NCBI GenBank assembly: GCA_015521615.1
Contig: WANW01000029.1
Span: 1-46,480, forward strand
Direction: 5' to 3'
Length of the DNA stretch: 46,480 nucleotides
DNA from: Candidatus Hydrothermarchaeota archaeon
Lineage (GTDB): Archaea; Hydrothermarchaeota; Hydrothermarchaeia; Hydrothermarchaeales; BMS3B
In this document: positions 8,601-18,886 of the stretch, piece after piece
Layout: each line of letters begins with the position of its first letter
Numbering within the stretch: position 1 is the stretch's first letter
The notes under the pieces: model-generated
Told to the model about the DNA's origin: nothing
The model's input: only the letters and a program-made list of their open reading frames with translations
The model's database searches: none
Translations under genes and position numbers: made by a program

Positions 8601-8957
8601 GTGGGTAAGATCTTGGTAACAGCTTCCCACGGTACTGACGATCCGAACCGCGCCACACTCGCGTTTCTTGCTGCGAAGGCCGCGAAGGAGAATGGCGATG
8701 AAGTTACAGTGTTCCTCATGAACGACGCTGTCATGCTGGCAAAGAAGGGTGTGGCGGAGCACATACAGGGTGTTGGTCTTGCGCCGTTCCCAGAACTTCT
8801 GGAAGTGCTGCAGATATTGGAGGTACCGCTGCTGGTGTGCAAGCCCTGTGCCGAGGCGAGGGGCATAGCCAAGGAAGACCTGGTAGAAGGAGCAAGCTTC
8901 GCGGGTATGTATGATCTGACCAAGCTTGCCAGAGAGAGCAGCGTTCTGAGCTTTTAG
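8601..8957 (+). CDS. DsrE/DsrF-family protein
   Basis: DPNRATLAF, VFLMNDAV, VCKPCAEARG. Confidence 0.85.
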   Translation: MGKILVTASHGTDDPNRATLAFLAAKAAKENGDEVTVFLMNDAVMLAKKGVAEHIQGVGLAPFPELLEVLQILEVPLLVCKPCAEARGIAKEDLVEGASFAGMYDLTKLARESSVLSF

Positions 8958-8995
8958 CTCTCCCTATTTATTTTTGTCTGGAAAATATCGGACGC

Positions 8996-9568
8996 TCATT
9001 TAAACCTTGGAAGAATCGCCGGTACACGGGAGCGATAACTCTCATATTCTGGGCCAAAGCTTGCGAGCAGGCGGCGCTCCTCAATGTATATGCCAAAGGC
9101 GAAGTACAGTGTGGCTAAGGTGTAGAGCAGGGCATCAAGGTAGCGAAGCTCTGGCGAAGCCCAGATAAAAACAATCGCACCGAGGTACATCGGGTGGCGC
9201 ACCCTTGCGTATAAGCCGGTGGTAACCAGCCTTCTGCGCTCTGGTCTGAGACCCAGAAATTCACCTATACCTGTCTGAAGGAGGCTTGCAACGAGAATAG
9301 CAGCGCCGACAAACTTAGCAAGCAGCACAAGTATGGCGGTAAAGCCTGTAACATGAAAAAGCACAGGCGTTTTCCCACGCGTCACAAACCAGAAAGCAAC
9401 AAAGGGCAGGGCCGAAGGAAAGCTGAGCAGAGTATAAAGCAAGCGATACCTCGCTCCACGAATCCCGAACATGGTCTCCGCCCGCTGTTTAAAGAAGTCT
9501 GCGGCGGTAAGAGAGTGAACAAAAGCAAAAAGTCCAAAAAGTAGAGTAAGTGTCACGTAGGCGTTCAT
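8996..9568 (-). CDS. Membrane methyltransferase (ICMT/MddA-like)
   Basis: VHSLTA, GLYARVRHPMYLG, IEERRLL, YESYRSRVP; several TM helices. Confidence 0.8.
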   Translation of the reverse strand: MNAYVTLTLLFGLFAFVHSLTAADFFKQRAETMFGIRGARYRLLYTLLSFPSALPFVAFWFVTRGKTPVLFHVTGFTAILVLLAKFVGAAILVASLLQTGIGEFLGLRPERRRLVTTGLYARVRHPMYLGAIVFIWASPELRYLDALLYTLATLYFAFGIYIEERRLLASFGPEYESYRSRVPAILPRFK

Positions 9569-9572
9569 GCGT

Positions 9573-12500
9573 TCAGCCCCTTAAAGCGGGAAGCACAATC
9601 CTGAAGGTGCTACCCCTTCCCAGCTCACTCTCCACAGTTATCTCCCCACCGTGGCGCTTTATTATACTGTGACTAACCGCAAGGCCCAAGCCGGTGCCGT
9701 TCCTCTCCTTGGTGGTGAAGAACGGGTCGAATATCCGCGAGAGATGCTCCTTCTTTATACCAACACCTGTGTCGCTTATCTCAATCTCAACCCTGCCGTC
9801 ACTCTTTCGTGTGGTTATGCGTATCTCTCCACCCTTTGGCATAGCCTGGCATGCGTTGGTTATGAGGTTCACAAGCACCTGCTGGAGCATCGTCTTATCT
9901 CCCGCGACCTTTGGCACGGCCTCAAGCTTTTTCACAATGCGTACACGGTGCCTCTTAATTATATCTCCGAGGAAATCGAGCATCTCCTCTATAGCTGAGT
10001 TTACATCCACCTCCTCAAAGTTCACGAACCCCTCCCTGGAGAACTCCAGCAGTCCGCGGATTATATTTGAGGCACGCTGCACCTGCTGGAGTATCATCTC
10101 CACATCCTCCTCCTTTACTTTGCCGGAGCGCAGGTCTTCCCTTATAAGCTGCGCAAGCAGGTAGATGTTATTAAGAGGATTGTTCAGCTCATGGGCAATG
10201 CCAGCAGCAAGTACACCGAGCGAAGCCAGCTTCTCTGAAATTATAATCTGACGCTCCATCTGCTTGCGCTGGGAGACATCGCGCGAAATCGCAAGAACAA
10301 CCTTTCTACCACGGAATTCCATGAGCCTTGCACTTACCTCCACAGGATAGGTGGTACCATCCCTGCGAAGGTGCTCAGACTCAAAAAATATGCTCTTTTT
10401 CTCAAGAAGCTCCTTTACAACCTCAGGATACTTCCTTCGTCTGTCCTCGGGGATAATATCCTGAATCCTCATATTAAGGAGCTCTTCTTTGGTATAACCC
10501 AGACGCTTTGCTGCTGCCATGTTTGCTTCGAGAATATTGCCATTCAGGTCGTGCAGAAATATGGAATCAAGGGCGCTATCTATAAGGGTTCTGTACTTCT
10601 CCTCACTCTCACGCAGCGCCTCCTCAGTGCGCTTGCGCTGGGTTATATCTCGCATTATCGCCTGAATTCCAACAACTTCACCATTCTTCAGTATTGGCCT
10701 GCCTCTCGCTTCAACCCATCTGCTTCTACCCTCTGCATCAACAATCCGATACTCCTGGAAACTCTCTGGAGACCTTTTTATCTTCACCATGAGAGCCACT
10801 CTTTCTCTAAGCTCATTGTGAAAATCAGGGTGAATAAAATCTGCAACCCGCTTACCCACAATCTCATCTCTACTCAGGCCCAGCGTCTCCTCAACTGCAC
10901 GATTCACCTCCTCTATAACTCCATCTATGTCGAAAACAACAATTAAGTCGTTGGCATTTTCAAACAGCTCCCTGTACTTCTCCTCGCTCTCTCGCAACGC
11001 CTCCTCTGCGCGTTTGCGCTCTATAACAAAAGCGATGTGGCTGGCGATAGTCTTTGCAAGACGCACCTCCTCCTCACTGAAGTTGTGGGGTTTGTTGTAG
11101 TAGCTCATGAACTTCCCCAGCAGTCTGCCCTGATACACAAGAGGAATAAACCCCATTGCATGGATGCCCTCACGGAGGATTACTGGCCTCAATTCGCCCA
11201 GGCTGGGATCCTCTGCCACATTGGGTATGAGAATCGGCTCTGGCTTTTTTTCCTCCCGTGGCCAGGGCGAATGGCCTTCAACCGCTTTTCTGTACTCCTC
11301 TGATAGCCCCCGCCAGGCTTTGAAACGCATTACCCCATGCCTGTCGAACAGAAGTATGGCTGCTCTATCAGCCTTAAGTGTTCGCTGCAGTGCATTTAAT
11401 GCCTCCTCGTATATCTCATCAATAGCCCCTGCCCTGCTCACTGCATCCGCCATGTGGTAGATAGTCTGAAGCTGATCCAGGCGACGGTGGAGCTCCTCCT
11501 CGGCACGCTTGCGCTGGGTTATATCCCGCATTATAGATATGAAACCCTTAATCTCACCCTTATCGTCTCTCAGAGCAGTGGCAGTGAGTTCCACAGGAAA
11601 CCTTTCTCCGCTCTTCTTCACCCTTTCAGTCTCAAAGCCGGAGATGTACCCCCTCTCAGAGGCAAGCTTCATGCAGTACTCAATCTCTCCCTTCCTGTCC
11701 TCGGGCACAAGCACGGATATGTGCTTCCCTATTATCTCCTCCTTTGTATAGCCGAAGAGCGTCTCAGCGTAGGCATTCCAGTATGTTATTCTACCCTCAA
11801 GGTCCATACTGCATATAGCCTCTGAAACATTCTCAACTATGCTTGCCAGTAGCTTCAATTTTTCCTGCGCCCTTTTAATGTCTGTGATATCTATGAGATT
11901 CCCCTGCACCGCAGGTCTGCCCTTGTATATTATCGGCACAGAATAGACCAGTGCATCACGTCTCTCTCCATCTTTGCGCAACCCCTTAAACTCAAAGCAT
12001 GCAGCACCCGCCTCTCCACGCTGCCTCTTAAGGGAGTCCTCGATTATATGGCTGCTCTCAGGTGCTATTAACTTGCGGAAATCCATGCCGATAAGCTCCT
12101 CCCTCGAGTAGCCGGTTATCTCACACAGCTTCTGGTTAACAAACTTGTAAACCCCATCCTGAATGATGTATATGCCGGTATGGGAGTTCTCCACCAGAGA
12201 GCGATACTTCTCCTCACTCTCACGCAGCGCCTCCTCAGTGCGCTTGCGCTGGGTTATATCTCGCATTATCACCTGGATCCCAACCACCTCTCCATCCCTT
12301 ATAATAGGTCTCCCCCTGGCTTCCACCCAGAAGGTTTTGCCCTTTGCGTCTATAACCTGATACTCCTCATAGCTCTCGGGCGACCTCTTTGTTTTCAGTA
12401 TCTCAGAAATTCTCTCCCTGAGCCTGGGATGAAAATCTGGGTGAATAAATTCTTCTATGCGCCTTCCAACTATCCTATCCCTGCTCAACCCCACTCTTTC

Positions 12501-12659
12501 CTCAACGGCACGGTTTACCTCTTCTATAACGCCTTCCATGTTAAAAATAAGAATTAAATCGTTTGCATTCTCAAATAAATCCCTGTACCTCTGCTCAGAT
12601 TCTCTAAGCTTTTCGATAAGCTTTTTCAACTCCTGGTTATTCTCACAGGCCATGCCCAC
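9573..12659 (-). CDS. Soluble sensor histidine kinase (PAS-PAS-PAS-GAF-PAS-PAS-HisKA-HATPase)
   Basis: H-box AHELNNPL, N-box NLITNA, DTGVG, FFTTK, GTGLGL; five PAS repeats and one GAF. Confidence 0.95.
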   Translation of the reverse strand: MGMACENNQELKKLIEKLRESEQRYRDLFENANDLILIFNMEGVIEEVNRAVEERVGLSRDRIVGRRIEEFIHPDFHPRLRERISEILKTKRSPESYEEYQVIDAKGKTFWVEARGRPIIRDGEVVGIQVIMRDITQRKRTEEALRESEEKYRSLVENSHTGIYIIQDGVYKFVNQKLCEITGYSREELIGMDFRKLIAPESSHIIEDSLKRQRGEAGAACFEFKGLRKDGERRDALVYSVPIIYKGRPAVQGNLIDITDIKRAQEKLKLLASIVENVSEAICSMDLEGRITYWNAYAETLFGYTKEEIIGKHISVLVPEDRKGEIEYCMKLASERGYISGFETERVKKSGERFPVELTATALRDDKGEIKGFISIMRDITQRKRAEEELHRRLDQLQTIYHMADAVSRAGAIDEIYEEALNALQRTLKADRAAILLFDRHGVMRFKAWRGLSEEYRKAVEGHSPWPREEKKPEPILIPNVAEDPSLGELRPVILREGIHAMGFIPLVYQGRLLGKFMSYYNKPHNFSEEEVRLAKTIASHIAFVIERKRAEEALRESEEKYRELFENANDLIVVFDIDGVIEEVNRAVEETLGLSRDEIVGKRVADFIHPDFHNELRERVALMVKIKRSPESFQEYRIVDAEGRSRWVEARGRPILKNGEVVGIQAIMRDITQRKRTEEALRESEEKYRTLIDSALDSIFLHDLNGNILEANMAAAKRLGYTKEELLNMRIQDIIPEDRRRKYPEVVKELLEKKSIFFESEHLRRDGTTYPVEVSARLMEFRGRKVVLAISRDVSQRKQMERQIIISEKLASLGVLAAGIAHELNNPLNNIYLLAQLIREDLRSGKVKEEDVEMILQQVQRASNIIRGLLEFSREGFVNFEEVDVNSAIEEMLDFLGDIIKRHRVRIVKKLEAVPKVAGDKTMLQQVLVNLITNACQAMPKGGEIRITTRKSDGRVEIEISDTGVGIKKEHLSRIFDPFFTTKERNGTGLGLAVSHSIIKRHGGEITVESELGRGSTFRIVLPALRG
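10594..10659. repeat. 66-bp exact direct repeat, copy 1 (PAS linker)
   Basis: Identical to 12205-12270 on base-by-base comparison. Confidence 0.9.
12205..12270. repeat. 66-bp exact direct repeat, copy 2
   Basis: Identical to 10594-10659; spacing 1611 bp, in frame. Confidence 0.9.
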
Positions 12660-12665
12660 TCCTAT

Positions 12666-13253
12666 TCAAAATTTATCTTCAAGCTTTTTAAATATTAAGT
12701 AGTAGAGGCAGAGGAAAGATGCCAGGGCAAACACCAGAGGGAGGCGCATCTCCATGGGCATTCCCACGCCGCCGGGATGAAGCTGCCAGGTGTCGAGGCT
12801 GCGGAGGCGCAAGTAGAGCAGGAGATTTGTGATTATCAAGAGTGCTGAGGCAGAGGCAAGGAGTCTGCGCTCATTGAGCAAGTGAAGAAGCAGCAGAAGC
12901 GGTAGCATCGCATAACTTATAACGAGGAAGTAAAAGCGTGGCTCACTCGCAGTAAATGCGCCCCAGGTGATGTGCTCAAAGAAGTAGATTACCACCAGGT
13001 TTGCAAGGGCGAAGGGCAGCGCAGTTACTGCAAGCTTAAAGGAGGTCTTCCTGTATTTCTCCCTCTTCGCGGAAAAAATTCCGAGAAGCGCCGCGAGATA
13101 GAGGGAGCCCAGAGAGATGTAGAGCAGAGGAAGGTGCAGGTAGAGCAGCTTGTAGCTCGCGCCCAGAAACTCCTCCTCGGGGGCGAGGTAGGCCAGAACA
13201 GATGCCACGCCGGCGAAGACAAAAAGGGCGTAAACACATCTCCATTCAGCCAT
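12666..13253 (-). CDS. CcmC-like heme-handling membrane protein (degenerate WWD motif)
   Basis: YLHLP, WGAFTASEPR and QLHP positioned like CcmC His/WWD/His elements; hydrophobic helices. Confidence 0.6.
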   Translation of the reverse strand: MAEWRCVYALFVFAGVASVLAYLAPEEEFLGASYKLLYLHLPLLYISLGSLYLAALLGIFSAKREKYRKTSFKLAVTALPFALANLVVIYFFEHITWGAFTASEPRFYFLVISYAMLPLLLLLHLLNERRLLASASALLIITNLLLYLRLRSLDTWQLHPGGVGMPMEMRLPLVFALASFLCLYYLIFKKLEDKF

Positions 13254-14361
13254 TTCCCGCTCTCCTGAACCTCCTTATGAAGTCTTCCATAAACTCCACG
13301 AACTCGCCCTTGCGAATCGCCCGCCTCGCATCGCGCATCAGGCGCTGCATGAAATGCAGGTTGTGCAGAGTAACCAGGCGCATTCCCAGCGCCTCTCCGG
13401 AGCGCATGAGGTGGCTCACGTAGGCGCGGGTGTAGTTTCTGCAGGTGTAGCAGGTGCAGCCCTCCTCCAGGGGCAGGTCGCTGCTCAGGTGCTTCGCCTT
13501 GGTGATGCTGTACTTGCCCTGGCGGGTGTAAACGGCGCTGTGCCGCGCATTGCGCGTGGGAAAGGCGGAGTCGAATATATCCACGCCCCGCGCTATTGCC
13601 TCGAGCACCTCTACCGGGGAGCCCAGGCCCATGAGGTAGCGGGGCTTCTCCTCCGGCAGCGCGGAGATGCTCACCTCCAGCATCTCGAGCATAGTGCCAT
13701 GGGGCTCGCCTATGCTCAGCCCGCCTATGCCGTAGCCGTCAAAGTCCAGCTTGGCGAGCTGCTCGGCGCTCTCTCTGCGCAGGTCTGCGAAGGTTCCTCC
13801 CTGTGCGATGGCAAAGAGCAGCTGCCCATCGCAGGAGTGCGCAGCCTTGCACTGCCTCGCCCACCGTGTGGTTCTTGCCACGCTCTCCACATAGCGCTCC
13901 CTCGCCTCACCGTAGGGGGGGCAGTCGTCCAGCGTCATGGCAACGTCACTGCCGAGCGCCTCCTGCACGGCGATGCACAGCTCCGGTGAAAACACGTGCC
14001 TCGAGTTGTCGAAGGGAGAGCGGAAGGCAATACCTCGCCTGGTAAACTCCGGCTTGAACTCCCGCCTCAGAGCCTGAAATCCGCCTGAGTCGGTGAAAAT
14101 CGTGTGATGAAAGTTCATAAAGCGGTGGAGTCCACCCTGCTGGGCAATCACCTCCACACCTGGCTTGAGGTACAGCACCAGGGCGTTGCATATTATCGCC
14201 TCGAAGCCAAGCTCCAGGAGCTCATCGCTGGCGAGGGTCTTGACGCTCGCCTTTGTGGCTACAGGCATGAAGCAGGGCGTCTCCACGGTGCCATGGGCTG
14301 TGCGCAGCTTTCCCGCCCTTGCCTTAGTTGAGGAATCCTCGCAGCTAACGGAGAAGCTCAT
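13246..14361 (-). CDS. tgt: Bacterial-type tRNA-guanine(34) transglycosylase
   Basis: [57 protein letters not shown] Zn site; no PUA domain. Confidence 0.9.
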   Translation of the reverse strand: MSFSVSCEDSSTKARAGKLRTAHGTVETPCFMPVATKASVKTLASDELLELGFEAIICNALVLYLKPGVEVIAQQGGLHRFMNFHHTIFTDSGGFQALRREFKPEFTRRGIAFRSPFDNSRHVFSPELCIAVQEALGSDVAMTLDDCPPYGEARERYVESVARTTRWARQCKAAHSCDGQLLFAIAQGGTFADLRRESAEQLAKLDFDGYGIGGLSIGEPHGTMLEMLEVSISALPEEKPRYLMGLGSPVEVLEAIARGVDIFDSAFPTRNARHSAVYTRQGKYSITKAKHLSSDLPLEEGCTCYTCRNYTRAYVSHLMRSGEALGMRLVTLHNLHFMQRLMRDARRAIRKGEFVEFMEDFIRRFRRAGNG

Positions 14362-14473
14362 TGCCCTTAAACCGCAGAGGAACGTCGGCAAAGCCTGCGC
14401 TGGAAAAAGCTTATTAATGCTTGCTACGAGCTTTCACGTAACTGCAACAGGAGAATTGCAAGGAGGCATGGTC

Positions 14474-15652
14474 ATGAAGGCTGTTCTCGCATACTCAGGC
14501 GGACTCGATACCAGCGTTTGCGTTAAGCTGCTTCAGGAGAAGTATGGCTGCGAGGTTGTAACCGTCACCGTGGACGTGGGTTTAGCCAGAGAGGAGCTTC
14601 GCGAGGTTGAGGAGAAGGCGCGCTCTCTGGGGGTGGTGGAGCACTACACCATCGACGCAAGGGAGGAGTTCGCCCGGGAGTACATCTTCAGAGCGATAAA
14701 GGCCAATGCAAGCTACCAGGGCTACCCGCTGAGCACGGCGCTCGCGAGGCCGCTGATTGCAGAGAAGGTGGTGGAGGTGGCGGAGCGCGAGAACGCAGAG
14801 GCTCTCGCACATGGCGCCACCGGAAAGGGCAACGACCAGTTCCGCTTTGAGGCTGTGTTCAGGGCCCTGGCGCCGGATAAGAGGATAATCGCCCCCATAC
14901 GCGAGCTCAACCTCACGCGGAGGGAGAGCATCGCCTATGCCAAGAAGCACGGCATCGCCGTGCCAGTGGATGTGGAGAAGCCCTACAGCATAGACGAGAA
15001 CCTGTGGGGCAGGAGCATTGAGGGCGGTGCCCTGGAGGACCCCGCCTTTGTGCCGCCGGAGGAGATATACGAGTGGACACAGCTGCGCAGGCATAAGCCA
15101 GAAGTTGTGGAGGTGGAGTTTTCCCAGGGCACGCCTGTGAAGCTCAACGGAAGGGCACTTAAGCCGGTGGAGCTCATCCTGGAGGCGAACCGCCTAGCGG
15201 GTGAGCACGGCGTGGGCAGGATAGACATGATAGAGGACCGCATCCTGGGGCTCAAGGCGAGGGAAAACTACGAGTGCCCCGCGGCGGAGTTGCTTATAAC
15301 CGCCCACAGGGCGCTTGAGGCGCTGGTGCTCACGCGCAGGGAGCTCGCCTTCAAGGCGCAGGTGGAGGCGAGGTGGAGCGAACTGGTGTACTTTGGCTTG
15401 TGGAATGAACCACTGCGCCTCGCGCTGGACGCCTTTATAGACAGAACCCAGGAGCGCGTCTCAGGCAGGGTGAAGCTCAGGCTTCACCAGGGCAGTTGCA
15501 GAGTCGTTGCGAGAGAGTCGGAGAATGCCCTCTACTCCCTTGAGGCGGTCTCCTTCGATGACAAGAGCATGGACCAGCGCAGCGTGGAGGGAATGCTCCG
15601 CTACCACTCCCTTCAGGCGGAGATGTACTGGCGCACCCTGCGGAAGCGCTAA
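14474..15652 (+). CDS. argG: Argininosuccinate synthase
   Basis: [37 protein letters not shown]; GGAGG at 14462. Confidence 0.97.
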   Translation: MKAVLAYSGGLDTSVCVKLLQEKYGCEVVTVTVDVGLAREELREVEEKARSLGVVEHYTIDAREEFAREYIFRAIKANASYQGYPLSTALARPLIAEKVVEVAERENAEALAHGATGKGNDQFRFEAVFRALAPDKRIIAPIRELNLTRRESIAYAKKHGIAVPVDVEKPYSIDENLWGRSIEGGALEDPAFVPPEEIYEWTQLRRHKPEVVEVEFSQGTPVKLNGRALKPVELILEANRLAGEHGVGRIDMIEDRILGLKARENYECPAAELLITAHRALEALVLTRRELAFKAQVEARWSELVYFGLWNEPLRLALDAFIDRTQERVSGRVKLRLHQGSCRVVARESENALYSLEAVSFDDKSMDQRSVEGMLRYHSLQAEMYWRTLRKR

Positions 15653-16701
15653 TCCTCGCCTCTCACAAAGATGCGTACAAAGCCCAGCGCGGCGAAGATT
15701 ATTATAGGGCCGAGCAGAATGCCCTTGGCTCCGAGGCTTGCGGTGCCCGCGATGAACCCTATGAGGAGAGGCACCACCGGCACCCTGCCGGAGAAGCTCG
15801 CCACCAGCGGGCGGATCACCAGGTCTGGAAGCACACTGAGCACCGCAACGCATGTTATGAAGAAGAAGGCCGCCTTCGCGGCGCCATGGGCGAAGTACAG
15901 GTAGCCTGTCATCGGCGCGTAAACCAGCCAGCCACCCACGATGGGTATAAGCGTAAGCACGCCCGTGAGTGCCGCCAGCAGCCCCGCGAAGGGCAGTGCA
16001 AAGGCGTAGTAGACGCCGTAGGACAGCAAACCGGTGAAGAGGGCAGTGAGGAAGATACTGTAAACTATCTGCCTCAGCAGGGCGTCGAGGTAGCGGAAGT
16101 AGGTGACAATACGGGGGTCTGCTATGCCTGAGGCGAAGTTTTTGATGTCCTCCGCCCTCGTCACCAGGTAGAGCGCCACGAAGGTGCCCAGAAAGAGCTG
16201 GAAGAAGGCGCCGCCCAGAGCCTTGAAGAAACTCACCACCCCGCCGAACAGTGCCTGGAGCAGAGTCTCGTAGCCCTTTAGGCTGGTGAGCAGCTGCTGC
16301 ATTTCCTCAATGCTGAGCTTTGCAAGGCTGCTAATCTCCTGCTGAAGCAGGGCAATATACTCCTGAGCATTTACTCCTGCCACAGCAAGGGCCTGCTTCG
16401 CCTCTGGGGTGCTCAGCAGAAATAGCGCCTCCATCGCAACCCTGTATATCACATAAAAGAAGAAGATAAACCCGGGAAGAAGTACAAAGATAATAGTGAG
16501 GAGCATCGCCAGCCATCTACGCTTCAGGTGTGCCTCCAGATACGCCTCTATGGGATAAAGGAGGTAGAACACCACAAGCGCTATTGTCAGCGCAGGGTAA
16601 ATTGGCCTGAGCATGTAGAGCAGGAGAAGGAAGCCAAGAAAGATAAAACCTGCGAGAAGGAGTCCCTTCACCTGCCTCAAAGTCAGAGCTTCTCCAGCCA
16701 C
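15649..16701 (-). CDS. AI-2E family transporter
   Basis: LIPIVG, DLVIRP, GILLGP; multi-TM. Confidence 0.85.
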   Translation of the reverse strand: MAGEALTLRQVKGLLLAGFIFLGFLLLLYMLRPIYPALTIALVVFYLLYPIEAYLEAHLKRRWLAMLLTIIFVLLPGFIFFFYVIYRVAMEALFLLSTPEAKQALAVAGVNAQEYIALLQQEISSLAKLSIEEMQQLLTSLKGYETLLQALFGGVVSFFKALGGAFFQLFLGTFVALYLVTRAEDIKNFASGIADPRIVTYFRYLDALLRQIVYSIFLTALFTGLLSYGVYYAFALPFAGLLAALTGVLTLIPIVGGWLVYAPMTGYLYFAHGAAKAAFFFITCVAVLSVLPDLVIRPLVASFSGRVPVVPLLIGFIAGTASLGAKGILLGPIIIFAALGFVRIFVRGED

Positions 16702-16892
16702 TCCTTCATCGCCTCCATTGTCTGATTGAGAATTATCTCTGTATTGTTCACAAAGGCTGCGCCCGCGCTCTTCACTATCTCCATATATGTCCAGATTACA
16801 ACGATTACAATAACAATTATTCCCCCGAGGATTAGTATGTACTCAAGGGACGCCTGAGCACCTCTTTCTTCGAGTGGATTCATATGAAACAA
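16683..16892 (-). CDS. Class III signal peptide (type IV pilin-like) protein
   Basis: RGAQASLEY followed by a hydrophobic helix. Confidence 0.8.
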   Translation of the reverse strand: MFHMNPLEERGAQASLEYILILGGIIVIVIVVIWTYMEIVKSAGAAFVNNTEIILNQTMEAMKEWLEKL

Positions 16893-16970
16893 TAAGATTA
16901 TTTAAAAGTCTCTTTAAAAAAGCTTTCCGGATTTTGCAGGAGATTTTTCCCTCCACCCAGAAGAGGTTCA

Positions 16971-17852
16971 TCAATCCAATCCCACCTCTATATTTAAAAG
17001 ACCTCTTATAATAAACCCTATAATAAACGTGAGAGACGCTATCCCCAGGCTAATTAGTGCCATTTCAAGAAATCTCTTTCTGAAGGGTATATCTCTGGCA
17101 ACAGAGATATAAAATGTGAATATGAGAATGACCAGAATCGCATTGAAAACTGTTATGCCAAGACATAGGTACAGGTTTTTGAAAATCAGATACGGAAGGA
17201 TTAAAAATAAAACCGTCATCACGTAGGTGATGCCTGTATAGACTGCTGCTTTGAACGGATTCCTGGCACCACCTTCAGATTTCACTGAGAGATACTCGGA
17301 TGCGGCCATTGAAAGGCTTGCTGCTATGCCGGTTATCAGGCCTGTTGCTGCTATGAGCCGGGTGTTTTGAAGGGCAAAGGTGAACCCCGCAAGGGCACCG
17401 GTGAGTTCCACCAGGGCGTCGCTGAGACCGAGAACCATGGAGCCAATGTATTTCAGCCGCTCCTCATCTATTAGATTTATGAGCTGCCTTTCATGCTCAT
17501 TTTCATCCTTAATTACAATCTGTGCCTCAGGCATTGACCTGGAAATTTCCTCATAGGTAAGCTGTGCCTGTTTTTCTCCTCTCTCCAGCAGCTTTATCCC
17601 GAATGTTATCCCGAATATTTTGGAAATTAAAAAATACTTCCAGACCTTCAATCTATTCGGTCCCACATCCCTGTGTGTATGCCTCTTCCAGAAGTTGTAG
17701 TGCTTAAGCTCATCCTGTGATATCCGACGTAAGATATTTCTGTTGTGGGGGTTCTTCACAGACCGGGACAGCTTCCTGTATATAAAATATTCTGTAATCT
17801 CATTCTTCTGTGCAGCGAGTAACTTCACAAAGTCTGGGGAGCCCTCCTTCAT
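16971..17852 (-). CDS. VIT1/CCC1 transporter with N-terminal rubrerythrin/ferritin-like domain
   Basis: DELKH and DENEH; LGLSDALVE, SMAASEYLS. Confidence 0.9.
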   Translation of the reverse strand: MKEGSPDFVKLLAAQKNEITEYFIYRKLSRSVKNPHNRNILRRISQDELKHYNFWKRHTHRDVGPNRLKVWKYFLISKIFGITFGIKLLERGEKQAQLTYEEISRSMPEAQIVIKDENEHERQLINLIDEERLKYIGSMVLGLSDALVELTGALAGFTFALQNTRLIAATGLITGIAASLSMAASEYLSVKSEGGARNPFKAAVYTGITYVMTVLFLILPYLIFKNLYLCLGITVFNAILVILIFTFYISVARDIPFRKRFLEMALISLGIASLTFIIGFIIRGLLNIEVGLD

Positions 17853-17910
17853 GCTGAGACCTACGTATTGCTGATATTTAACTTATGTCGTTATCCTGCA
17901 GGTTTTTTAT

Positions 17911-18174
17911 ATGAGACTCAAAGGCATCGCCTGCTTTTCGGGCACCTGTGGCGGCGCGACGAGCAGGGTTAAAATCTACTTTGAGGAGAGGGGCAACATT
18001 TTCTACTGGGATGAGCTTTTTCCCCGCAGAGTTAAACGCTCACCTGCGGGAAAAGTTGGAAAAGCAGAAATTAAAAAGGTGATTTCAACCCTGAGACGCG
18101 AACTTTCAAAGCGCCGCTTCACCAGCGATGCCTACTATCTCCGCAAGGCGTTACATGGGCTTACGGGAGAGTAG
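17911..18174 (+). CDS. Small basic hypothetical protein
   Basis: 87-aa ORF filling the intergenic space; no family recognised. Confidence 0.5.
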   Translation: MRLKGIACFSGTCGGATSRVKIYFEERGNIFYWDELFPRRVKRSPAGKVGKAEIKKVISTLRRELSKRRFTSDAYYLRKALHGLTGE

Positions 18175-18175
18175 C

Positions 18176-18189
18176 CAAAAGTATATATA
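18176..18189 (+). promoter_or_regulatory. BRE/TATA promoter of the zinc-finger microprotein
   Basis: CCAAAAGTATATATA upstream of the GGAGG at 18214. Confidence 0.5.
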
Positions 18190-18225
18190 CCACCAACTCC
18201 AGTCTTAGAAATTGGAGGTAGTAAT

Positions 18226-18354
18226 ATGGGACAGTATTACCACTGTGCAAGATGTAATGGCATCTTTGAGCACACTGAGGGTGCCTGGGCCAAGTGCCCG
18301 AGCTGCGGAGCTATGGCGGTGACCCAGGTAGAGGTCACCGGCAGGCACGGCTAA
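18226..18354 (+). CDS. 42-aa zinc-ribbon microprotein (CxxC...CPxCG)
   Basis: MGQYYHCARCNGIFEHTEGAWAKCPSCGAMAVTQVEVTGRHG; GGAGG 7 nt upstream, T-tract downstream. Confidence 0.75.
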   Translation: MGQYYHCARCNGIFEHTEGAWAKCPSCGAMAVTQVEVTGRHG

Positions 18355-18448
18355 ACCTTTCACCCTCTTTTTATTTTTGTGTTACATTTCACGTAACAAA
18401 AGGTTTATATTGTACGGGGGGCATTCTCTATTTGCTGTGTGATGTGAC

Positions 18449-18886
18449 ATGGTAGTAACACTTTCCAGGGTTGAGGAGCTGTTTGACAGGCTTGTTAAGG
18501 AGATTGGCGGCAGGGTGGTCGCCTCTCCGGAGCCTGGTAAGTATCTGAAGAAGCTGAGGGAGGATGCTGGCATAACCCAGGAGGAGCTTGCCAGGCTCCT
18601 CGAACTGCGCAGGGAGAGCATCTCTCGCATAGAGAACGGTACAATAACACCCACGCTGAGCTATGTGCGCAGATTTGCGAGGGTGATAGCAGCGCTGAAG
18701 ATAGTGCGTGAACTTCTGGCTCAGGAAGAAATGTCGATGCTCGCAGGGCAGCGTGGTGCAAGCTTTTCACTGCGCCTCCTCAGGCTTTGCCTGGACTTCT
18801 CTGCGCAGGAACTCAAGCAAATATCAGAACTGGGGGTTAGGGGTTATCAACGCACAAAGAAAAAAGCGTTAAGGAGGATAAAATGA
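18449..18886 (+). CDS. XRE/HTH_3 transcription regulator
   Basis: LKKLREDAGITQEELARLLELRRESISRIENG; overlaps ppsA start. Confidence 0.88.
   Translation: MVVTLSRVEELFDRLVKEIGGRVVASPEPGKYLKKLREDAGITQEELARLLELRRESISRIENGTITPTLSYVRRFARVIAALKIVRELLAQEEMSMLAGQRGASFSLRLLRLCLDFSAQELKQISELGVRGYQRTKKKALRRIK

Noticed and set aside
14165-14473. N-terminal extension of argG in the ORF track
   Set aside because: Overlaps tgt on the other strand; RBS and homology place the start at 14468 or 14474
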